A stretch of DNA of 64,000 bases from Candidatus Bathyarchaeota archaeon (GTDB taxonomy: Archaea > Thermoproteota > Bathyarchaeia > Bathyarchaeales > Bathycorpusculaceae). This document shows positions 50,127 to 58,228 of this stretch, one piece after another (the first letter of the stretch is position 1; each line of letters opens with the position of its first letter). The DNA lies in contig CAWHDT010000003.1 in assembly GCA_963828195.1 (NCBI GenBank), forward strand, positions 320,001 to 384,000, read 5' to 3'. The notes beneath the pieces are model-generated. The model saw only the letters and a program-made list of their open reading frames with translations, made no database searches and was not told the DNA's origin. The translations under genes and the position numbers were made by a program.

Positions 50127-51252
50127 ATTTTTTGCTCGCATTTTCTATGATGGTTTTCCACTTGTCATTTCCTTCAATGATTATTCCGCAAGCCTCGGCG
50201 GGAGTTTTGCCGTCTAACGCCTCATGAGGTCGAACATAATTATGATAAAGCTGATAGCCCTTGAGAGTAGCCGTATCGTCTTTCTTTAAGCCTCTCATGA
50301 CTTTTTCACGGTCTCTTACCTCGCCGTTCATGCGCTCCATCTTGTTATTGTTCATATCACCTCTTAGTTTTATGGCGTTAATATGCTCTGTTCTTGGAGC
50401 TTTTATGGTAAAAAACTCTTTTTTGTAAGCGTCATGATAAGCTGGAAGACCATCGGTTATGAAGGTCATGGGCTTTTTACCCATCAGTTCCTTAGACATT
50501 CTGAGTAGGTTGCGTGCGTCATGCTTATCTTTTGATTGCGCTACCTCTTGAGCAATCCAAAACCGTGTCTCATCATCCATCATAGCAAACAGATACTTCA
50601 TGTTGCCATTGATTTTAACGTATAACTCATCGGCTCTCCAAGTGTCACTAACGTTAGGCTTCATCTTCTCAAGATAATCAGTCATTAAAGCCGTGTACTT
50701 TGTTATCCACTTCAAAATTGAAACATGACTAATGGTTACGCCTTGTAGCTTTAGGAATTTCTGAACGTTCCTTAGTGACTCACCTGTGAAGTACAGTTGC
50801 ATCGCAGAGGTTATGACTTGAGGCGAAGCTTTCATATTCTCAAAACCAACATTGACGCTAAAGCGTTTGCCACATGCCTTGCACTTGTACCGCTGAAGAT
50901 CATACTTTTTGTTGTGGCGAACGGCATCTTTCACTATTTCTTCAGAGCCACAGTAAACGCATTTTGAAGTGTTCAAGGGCTGAATAACTACGTTGCGTTT
51001 GACTTGCTCCTTCATTTTGATGCTTACTTCTACCGCCACAATGTGCTTGCATTTTAAGTGTCGATAGGTGTGGTCTGGACATTCACAGTGCCATTCACCA
51101 TCAACCTGAAAAATCGCATACTCGCCATTTCCAGATTGTGATTTTACGGTGTAAAAGTTCTCTTCTATACTGATAACTTGACTCTCTTTGGATTGAGCAA
51201 TTACTAATCCTCTTTCTTCACGGACTTTTTCAAGTGTTTCAAGGCTCATCAT
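50116..51252 (-). CDS. IS6/IS240-like DDE transposase with N-terminal SWIM and Zn-ribbon domains
   Basis: SWIM CECPD...CKH; CVYC...CKAC ribbon; HTH SLRNVQ...SHVSILKW; WRADELY / ITDGLPAY / NNKMERMNG triad; HNYVRPHEAL.GKTPAE tail. Confidence 0.93.
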   Translation of the reverse strand: MMSLETLEKVREERGLVIAQSKESQVISIEENFYTVKSQSGNGEYAIFQVDGEWHCECPDHTYRHLKCKHIVAVEVSIKMKEQVKRNVVIQPLNTSKCVYCGSEEIVKDAVRHNKKYDLQRYKCKACGKRFSVNVGFENMKASPQVITSAMQLYFTGESLRNVQKFLKLQGVTISHVSILKWITKYTALMTDYLEKMKPNVSDTWRADELYVKINGNMKYLFAMMDDETRFWIAQEVAQSKDKHDARNLLRMSKELMGKKPMTFITDGLPAYHDAYKKEFFTIKAPRTEHINAIKLRGDMNNNKMERMNGEVRDREKVMRGLKKDDTATLKGYQLYHNYVRPHEALDGKTPAEACGIIIEGNDKWKTIIENASKKFMS

Positions 51253-51280
51253 ATTATATTACCTTCTTGTTTACCCACAA

Positions 51281-51397
51281 TATTACCATATGTCTTACTA
51301 ACTTATAAACATGATGGTAATACGGTAGGTAAACTAAACAAACTTTAAGGTAAACTTATATACCACAATCAAGCCATTTACCATATTGAAGGTAAAT
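51281..51397. promoter_or_regulatory. Divergent promoter region with inverted TTACC/GGTAA operator-like repeats
   Basis: TATTACCAT (51281) / ATGGTAATA (51314) and ATTTACC-N8-GGTAAAT (51376-51397); TATA-like CTTATAAA and CTTATATA. Confidence 0.55.
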
Positions 51398-51400
51398 AAG

Positions 51401-51625
51401 ATGGGCGAATTAACTACCCTTTCAGTAGCAACATCAAAAAAAGAATCTCTCAGAACAACCGTTCCAATGAGTATCCTAAAGCAGTTCAAACTATGTTCAG
51501 GTGATAAACTTGAATGGGAACTAGAAGCACGAAATAACGAATTGATTATTCTAGTAAAACCTGTTAAAAATTCAGAGTCCAAAGTGAACTCTGATTCTAA
51601 AAATTCCACTGAAAATATACGTTAG
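51401..51625 (+). CDS. AbrB/MazE/SpoVT-like DNA-binding protein
   Basis: SLRTTVPMSILKQFKLCSGDKLEW...IILVKP swapped-hairpin pattern; divergent from the transposase. Confidence 0.85.
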   Translation: MGELTTLSVATSKKESLRTTVPMSILKQFKLCSGDKLEWELEARNNELIILVKPVKNSESKVNSDSKNSTENIR

Positions 51626-51713
51626 TAATTGCCGTAAAACCTTTGAAAAAAGAAAAGTAGTAGAAGAACATATATAGAACTAATAAAAACCCGAAAGGAA
51701 AAATGTAAAAGAA

Positions 51714-53600
51714 ATGAGTCAATTTACCCGCCCCTTAGAATCTGCAACGAGAAAAGAGATAGACTTAGTTCTAAATAGCCTCGGATGGATTACTGACGAA
51801 ACAAAACCAACTTGCAACGTTTTTACTGAAAGAGCAAAAACACTAAATCAAAATGCTAGCTTCAAGGGGAATAATCCTGACTATGTTCTTTATAAATCAG
51901 GCACAGAAGACGACCCAATAGCAATTATTGAAGCGAAAAGGAAAGGTCAAAGTTTAGAAAAGGCTTTAGAACAAGCGATAGAAAAATATGCAAAACCGCT
52001 TGGTGTTTCCTTAGTTTTTGTTTACGATGCCACTTTTATAAGAACATTTGATTTAAGAAGTAAAAAGGAACTTACAATAGATGGAAATAGCTTAAAGCAG
52101 TTAGTTTCCGAAGCAAAACTGCTTCGTTTTCTGAAAACAGGTTCAAATATTGACGAAACTGCCCCTGAAGTAAAACACACTAGAGAAGAATTAATACGAA
52201 TTTTTAAATGGGTGGAAGAACTTCTAAGGCAAGAAGGTTTAAGAAACCTTGACAGGTTTGTTGAGTTTTCTAACTTATTATTCATAAAAATCATAAGCGA
52301 AATCGAAGACGACCGAGAAAAGAAAGGATTGCCTAGACGGTTAGCTAAAGACATATGTTGGGATAGCTTCTGTGATGAAAAAGACCCCAAAAAAATGCTC
52401 AACTACATTAACGATACTGTATTGAAGCAAGGTCTAGCTAAAGAGTATAATCATACTGACGATATTTTCCAAGAGAAATTAAAAATCCAAAATCCCCAAA
52501 CAGTTAAAGAAATAGTAAATAAACTATCCACCTTAACCCTACTCAACACTGAATCAGAGATTAAGGGTGATGCATTTGAGTATTTCCTAAAAAGCATAGC
52601 ATCTGGAAACGATTTAGGCGAATACTTCACCCCACGACATATCGTAAAGCTAATTGTGTCTTTGGTTAACCCAAAGTACGGAAACACCGTTTTAGACCCA
52701 TTTTGTGGAACAGGTGGATTTTTAATCGAAGCGTTTAGGCACCTAAAATCAAACGTAGACGAAAAAGACGAAAACATAGTGAAAGCACTAAAAGAAAAAA
52801 CCATTTTTGGGATTGAACTAACAGACACTTACAAAATAGCAAAAATGAATATGATAATCACTGGTGATGGGCACAACAACATAGTACAAGATGACGCTGC
52901 TAAAAACATTTTTTGGGACAAAATTATCGGTAGTTATAAAGAAAAAGACATAATCGAGGCTTTACAGGTCATAAAAGCTAAGGGGTTCGATGTAGTTTTC
53001 TCAAATATTCCCTATGGGCAACCAACAATTTTCGGAAATACTTATCCCATCCCATCAAATCAGGGCGATAGTGTCTTCATTCAATTCATAATTAAAATGT
53101 TAGGAAAAGATGGGCGATGCGGAGTGATAGTTCCAGAAGGATTACTATTCAGGTCGGAACACAAGAGTTTAAGAGAATATTTGATGCAAGAATGCGACTT
53201 AGAAGCTATCATTTCGTTGCCAAGCGGAGTGTTTTATCCCTATGCAGGTGTAAAAACAGACATTCTAATCTTTAAAAAGGGTAACTCAACTGAAAAAGTT
53301 TGGTTTTACAACGTAGAAAATGATGGATTTGAGCTATCTGCTAAAAGGAAAAAAATTCCAAAAGATGATTTGCCCGATGTTTTAGCCAAATTTCCATTGA
53401 GAGAAAACTCCGCTAAAAGTTTTAGTGTCCTGAAAAAAACTATAGAAAATAACGAGTTTAGACTCAATTTAACAAGTTACATTGAGAATAAAACAGGGGA
53501 ATTGACTTTCAAGTCTCCAATGCAAGTACTTGACGAAATCAATAAAATAGAACTAGAAATCAATAAAGAACTTGAAGTCTTAAACAAGATGATGCAATGA
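51714..53600 (+). CDS. Fused restriction endonuclease / N6-adenine methyltransferase (HsdR_N + HsdM-like)
   Basis: N-terminal PDYVLY...IIEAKR nuclease motif; GEYFTPRHIV, DPFCGTGGF, SNIPY (motif IV variant), IVPEG. Confidence 0.92.
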   Translation: MSQFTRPLESATRKEIDLVLNSLGWITDETKPTCNVFTERAKTLNQNASFKGNNPDYVLYKSGTEDDPIAIIEAKRKGQSLEKALEQAIEKYAKPLGVSLVFVYDATFIRTFDLRSKKELTIDGNSLKQLVSEAKLLRFLKTGSNIDETAPEVKHTREELIRIFKWVEELLRQEGLRNLDRFVEFSNLLFIKIISEIEDDREKKGLPRRLAKDICWDSFCDEKDPKKMLNYINDTVLKQGLAKEYNHTDDIFQEKLKIQNPQTVKEIVNKLSTLTLLNTESEIKGDAFEYFLKSIASGNDLGEYFTPRHIVKLIVSLVNPKYGNTVLDPFCGTGGFLIEAFRHLKSNVDEKDENIVKALKEKTIFGIELTDTYKIAKMNMIITGDGHNNIVQDDAAKNIFWDKIIGSYKEKDIIEALQVIKAKGFDVVFSNIPYGQPTIFGNTYPIPSNQGDSVFIQFIIKMLGKDGRCGVIVPEGLLFRSEHKSLREYLMQECDLEAIISLPSGVFYPYAGVKTDILIFKKGNSTEKVWFYNVENDGFELSAKRKKIPKDDLPDVLAKFPLRENSAKSFSVLKKTIENNEFRLNLTSYIENKTGELTFKSPMQVLDEINKIELEINKELEVLNKMMQ

Positions 53601-54772
53601 CTGACTTTGTAGGAATCATTGACGTATGCGAAATTAATCCATCAAAAAAAATAGCAAAACTAAACACAAACGAGCAAGTTAGTTTTGTAGAAATGTCCTC
53701 AGTCTCCGAAGATGGCAAAATAATCAACGAGCAAACGTGTCTCTTGAAAAATGTAGCGAAAGGTTTTACATATTTTGTCAAAGGCGACATAATCTTAGCC
53801 AAAATAACCCCTTGTTTTGAAAATGGAAAGAGAGCATATGTCAATAACATAAAGAACACAATTGGGTTTGGAAGCACTGAATTTCTCGTTTTACGACCTA
53901 ACGAAAAGATTGTACCTGAATACCTATATTATATGGTTAGCAGAAAAAAGTTTAGAGAAGATTTAACGCCTCTATTGGTTGGAACCGCAGGTCAAAAAAG
54001 GTTACATAAAGACGTTTTAGCAAATTATCTAATTCCTCTTCCATCTAAGCAGAAACAATTTGATATAGTCAACAAGCTAAAACAGATTGAAAAAATAAAG
54101 AAGTTAAGGATTACACAAAATGAGGCTTTTGACGAATTGATAAAAAGTAAGTTTTTGGCTTTGTTTGGAAACCCCTCGCAAAGTGATTTTTCACTTGTGG
54201 AGCTTCGTACCGTTGCTAAGTTGAATATGGGTGGAACACCATCAACCCAAAAACCTGAGTATTATGTTAATGGTGACATTAATTGGATGAAGTCGGGAGA
54301 CATTAAGTCCGATTTTGTCAAGATTATTCCGAACAAAATAACTAAGTTAGGATTAAAAAATTCCAATGCTAAAATGTATTCTATCGGTGACGTGGTTATC
54401 GCTTTAAACGGACAGGGTAAAACCAGAGCGACAACTGGAATTTTGAAGATAGAAACTGCAAGCAATCAGTCAGTAGCTTCAATATCTCCAAATTTGGATG
54501 TATTGCTTCCCGATTATTTGCATTTTGATTTGAAATATAGGTATCAAGAACTACGAAATTTAACGGGTGATAAGCAAAGAAGTGGTCTCAATTTGAATAT
54601 ATTGAGACAATTGGAAATTCCCTTGCCTCCACGGGAATTACAAAGTCAATTTGGCGATTTTGTAAGACAAGTGGAAATTATGAGAGAAAAACAAAATTCT
54701 TCTAAGATTGAAGCTGAACAACTATTTGAATCCGTTTTGAATGAACTATATGTTCCCAACGTTTCAAATTGA
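53597..54772 (+). CDS. hsdS: Type I-like specificity subunit with two TRDs
   Basis: AKITPCFENGK...GSTEF...GTAGQKR...IPLPS..Q; second TRD GGTPS...IPLPP.ELQ..F; ATGA overlap with the upstream gene. Confidence 0.92.
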   Translation: MTDFVGIIDVCEINPSKKIAKLNTNEQVSFVEMSSVSEDGKIINEQTCLLKNVAKGFTYFVKGDIILAKITPCFENGKRAYVNNIKNTIGFGSTEFLVLRPNEKIVPEYLYYMVSRKKFREDLTPLLVGTAGQKRLHKDVLANYLIPLPSKQKQFDIVNKLKQIEKIKKLRITQNEAFDELIKSKFLALFGNPSQSDFSLVELRTVAKLNMGGTPSTQKPEYYVNGDINWMKSGDIKSDFVKIIPNKITKLGLKNSNAKMYSIGDVVIALNGQGKTRATTGILKIETASNQSVASISPNLDVLLPDYLHFDLKYRYQELRNLTGDKQRSGLNLNILRQLEIPLPPRELQSQFGDFVRQVEIMREKQNSSKIEAEQLFESVLNELYVPNVSN

Positions 54773-54934
54773 AAAGCATTTTATCTTGTTAAGAAATTGA
54801 AATTTAACTACTATTTTTTCTAATCCAAGATTTTATCACTCTGTCACCCGTTTATTTACATGTACATTTCAAAGGCTTAATCCGTCACCCGAAAACTAAC
54901 AGAGAAAACCATCGCCTATGAAGTTAACAGAACC

Positions 54935-54942
54935 CATTTTGG
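54935..54942 (+). repeat. Right target-site duplication CATTTTGG
   Basis: Identical to 49552-49559. Confidence 0.92.
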
Positions 54943-55007
54943 AAAGCCATAAATAAACCTCCAATGTGTATAAATTAAGAATTAACCGATAAAGATACAA
55001 TTAACAC

Positions 55008-57338
55008 ATGGAGAGATGGCTTAAAGTGGGGGAAGGAATTAAAGATCGGCTAAGTAAAAGACTAGCACCATTACGCATCGAGCTAAGTCACGGACAAATA
55101 ATAGCGTATTCTGCGTTAGCTGTAATATTGTTCGTCGCATTTATCGTCAGAATTTTGCCTTTACGCTGGGAAAACCTCTCCGGAGGAACATCTCTTCTTA
55201 ACGAGTTTGACCCTTACTATCAATTCAGCATCACGCAATACATGGTAAATCACGGTTTGATTTCACCTTTTTATCCCACGCACTGGATCAACAATCAACT
55301 GTGGTATCCTTTCGGACTTGACATGTCCACTGCCTTGCCATCAATTCCTATAACGGGTGCAGTGGTCTATGATGTCATCGCAGGTTTAGGCGCAAGCGTT
55401 AATTTGATGACCCTTTGCGCAATGATTCCGCCTGTGGTTGGTGTCATTTCGGTTTTGGTGATTTATTTCTTAGGCAAAGACATTGGTGGAAGAACAGTTG
55501 GCTTATTATCTGCGTTGTTCTTGGCGTTAGAGCCCTCTATCATTGAAAGAACATCTCTGGGGTTCTTTGATACACAGGTCCCAGGAACTATTGGTCTTAT
55601 CTTATTCGTATTCTTATTCTTGAGGTCTATCGACAACAATAGGTCCCTACGTCAATCAATCTTTTACGCGTTAGGTTCCGCCGGCGCCCTAGCTTATTTC
55701 ATAGCAGGCTGGGGTGGAGCATACTACATGATTGACATGACTGTTCTGTTCGTTTTTGTTATGGTTCTGTTTAAGAGGTACAATCAACGGCTTCTGATTA
55801 GCTACAGCATATCGTTTGGTTTAGCATTATACATTTCAGCAATAGTGCCCTATCTGGGACTCACCTACTTAACTTCAGGGGCAGTAATTCCTGTAGCTGG
55901 CGGATTCGTTTTACTTCTCATCGCGGAACTTTTACGAAACAACATATCCTTAAGAAGCAAATTACTTATAGCAATTACTTCGCTTGTCATAATTGTTGGC
56001 GGTTTTTCCACATTATATGCCGTTGGATTCATCAGTGGCAGTGGTCTTCAAGGTAAATTCAGCACAGTTTTGGATCCCTTTATCAGAGCAACTTCGCCCA
56101 TTATCAATTCAGTAGCTGAACAACAAATTACAGCTTGGGGAAACATATACATTGAACTAGGCGTAGGCATCCTATTCTTCCTCATCGGCTTCTACTTTGT
56201 ACTGAAAAATCCAACGAACAGAAACATCTTCCTAGTAGTTTTCGCCATAACATCGCTTTTCTTCGCTGCTTCAATGATTCGTTTACTGGCAATCTTTGCC
56301 CCAGCGTTCTGCATCATAGCGGGCGTGGGCATTCTGGGTCTCATAAAACCGTTTTACACTTTACTTAAAGAAGCGCCGCACAACCTCGCAAAAACAAAAC
56401 GTAGAATGTCGCGAGTAAGCAAGGAATACAGCGGCATCGCAATCTTTCTGATATTCCTAATACTGGTAACTGACGTAGCTTTCTCACCGCAAACTGGCGG
56501 AATACCAAGAGCCATCGACCAATCTTACGTGCCCACAGCGATAAGCGCATCGAGCCTTCCCATAGGCGGCGCAAGCCTAAGTCAACCAGTAGGCGCATGG
56601 CTTGACGCGCTAAGCTGGATGAAAAGCAATGTTCCCGCAAATAATGCTATGGTTGCTTGGTGGGACTATGGCGACTGGTTAACCAACCTTGGAAACGTAA
56701 CAACTCTGTGCGACAACACCACGTACAATACTACGCAAATCGAAAACGTAGGCTACATAATGATGGGCAACGAAAACCAGTCAATGCAAATGCTAAACAA
56801 CTATGAAAACTACCACAATCCTGGGCTGGTCAACTACATCCTCGTCTTCACCGTTCTGCAAATATCTCAGTCAAGCAGCGGCTCAGGATACACCGTGAGT
56901 CCTGCTGGATACGGAGATGAAGGGAAATGGGTGTGGATGGCGAGAATTTCAGGAACAGCAGAGTCATGGTACGAACAAAATAACTACATGAATGCAACGA
57001 CATCAACAGTATGGTCAAATGAAAACGCCTTCGGCAACACCGATAACCAAACAGGGCAGTGGGATTGGAACCTGCAAGGAGATAACTGCACAATCTATGA
57101 ATTGATGAACTATGCAGAAGTGCAATATTGCAACCAATGGACTGCCGCCTCAGGAACTACGTTCACGCCAAGTACGACAACAACAACGCCGACATACTTC
57201 GTAAATCCCTACATCGCTGGCGAAGACACATCACCATTCGAATACGGCGGATTAGTGCCGTTAGTTGCTATCTACCAAATCGACTACCAAGCATACTATA
57301 ACGCGACGGGCGCAACAGGCACAGGCGGCACAGGCTAA
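55008..57338 (+). CDS. aglB: Oligosaccharyltransferase AglB/STT3
   Basis: EFDPY, RTSLGFFD, SVAEQ, WWDYG, DNTT, DEGK motifs; many TM helices. Confidence 0.96.
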   Translation: MERWLKVGEGIKDRLSKRLAPLRIELSHGQIIAYSALAVILFVAFIVRILPLRWENLSGGTSLLNEFDPYYQFSITQYMVNHGLISPFYPTHWINNQLWYPFGLDMSTALPSIPITGAVVYDVIAGLGASVNLMTLCAMIPPVVGVISVLVIYFLGKDIGGRTVGLLSALFLALEPSIIERTSLGFFDTQVPGTIGLILFVFLFLRSIDNNRSLRQSIFYALGSAGALAYFIAGWGGAYYMIDMTVLFVFVMVLFKRYNQRLLISYSISFGLALYISAIVPYLGLTYLTSGAVIPVAGGFVLLLIAELLRNNISLRSKLLIAITSLVIIVGGFSTLYAVGFISGSGLQGKFSTVLDPFIRATSPIINSVAEQQITAWGNIYIELGVGILFFLIGFYFVLKNPTNRNIFLVVFAITSLFFAASMIRLLAIFAPAFCIIAGVGILGLIKPFYTLLKEAPHNLAKTKRRMSRVSKEYSGIAIFLIFLILVTDVAFSPQTGGIPRAIDQSYVPTAISASSLPIGGASLSQPVGAWLDALSWMKSNVPANNAMVAWWDYGDWLTNLGNVTTLCDNTTYNTTQIENVGYIMMGNENQSMQMLNNYENYHNPGLVNYILVFTVLQISQSSSGSGYTVSPAGYGDEGKWVWMARISGTAESWYEQNNYMNATTSTVWSNENAFGNTDNQTGQWDWNLQGDNCTIYELMNYAEVQYCNQWTAASGTTFTPSTTTTTPTYFVNPYIAGEDTSPFEYGGLVPLVAIYQIDYQAYYNATGATGTGGTG

Positions 57339-57367
57339 AACGATGCAAAAGAGCAGGGAAGCCACGA

Positions 57368-58228
57368 TTGTTTCCAAAGGTTCCAGACCAGCATAAAGTT
57401 GGACACCCCTTAATTCCAAACGGTCTAGGCGTAATCTACGTCCTATTCACAACCGTTTACCTTTTTCTCCTCTACTTTCTAAAAATAGCTGGAAACCCAT
57501 CGAATGTTTCAGCGCCATTTACCCTGGCTGTATGCGTTCTTTTCGGCGGCTTCATGGGACTGCTTGACGACTGGATAGATTTGAAGTGGCGTTACAAAGC
57601 GTTCATGCCCTTAATCGCCGCGTTACCCCTCATATACTACGCCCAAGAGACTGGTGCAAGAACAACTTTGCTGCTGCCATACATTGCAACGCTCCATCTT
57701 GGCTCCATCTATTTTTACATCATTATTCCAGTGATTGTCATGATAGTTACCAACGCTGTGAACATGCTCGGCGGGTTGAACGGTTTAGAAACAATATGCC
57801 CAGCCATAGTTATCTTGGGGTTAATGGCTGTTTCGCCGTCATACATTTTAATGGTTGGCCCCATTTTATTTTGGCTAGTTTTAGCTTACTTCAACTTTAA
57901 CGGCAAAGTTTTCGTGGGAAATTCAGGCTCCTTCGCCATAGGGATGACGATAGCGTCGTTCGCTGTGATTTCAGACTTAAAATTAAGCTTGCTTGTTATG
58001 CTTCTGCCGTACATTTTCAATTCTGCATTAATACTTTTGATGGTTTACTTTACACGCAAAAAAGCCAGTGTTTCGTTTGACGGAGAAAAGCTTTCGTCGG
58101 ACCATAGAAGAAGTCTAATTACGTTGATAACTTACCATCGACCTTTAACTGAGAAGCAAGTGGTTAGAATAATAGCTTTAACAGTTGCACTATTCACGCT
58201 ATTTGGCGTAATTATTCAGCTAATATAA
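57368..58228 (+). CDS. MraY/GPT-family polyprenyl-phosphate sugar-1-phosphate transferase (AglH-like)
   Basis: GLLDDW, NAVNMLGGLNGLE, VFVGNSGS; downstream of aglB. Confidence 0.88.
   Translation: MFPKVPDQHKVGHPLIPNGLGVIYVLFTTVYLFLLYFLKIAGNPSNVSAPFTLAVCVLFGGFMGLLDDWIDLKWRYKAFMPLIAALPLIYYAQETGARTTLLLPYIATLHLGSIYFYIIIPVIVMIVTNAVNMLGGLNGLETICPAIVILGLMAVSPSYILMVGPILFWLVLAYFNFNGKVFVGNSGSFAIGMTIASFAVISDLKLSLLVMLLPYIFNSALILLMVYFTRKKASVSFDGEKLSSDHRRSLITLITYHRPLTEKQVVRIIALTVALFTLFGVIIQLI

Larger units (their letters stand above)
49560..54934. mobile_element. IS6-family cargo transposon (5,375 bp) carrying a restriction-modification system
   Basis: TIRs GGTTCTGGTAACTTCATGGGTGAT / GGTTCTGTTAACTTCATAGGCGAT (reverse complement), 21/24 identical; 8-bp TSD; internal DDE transposase; AT-rich cargo. 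Confidence 0.93.
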
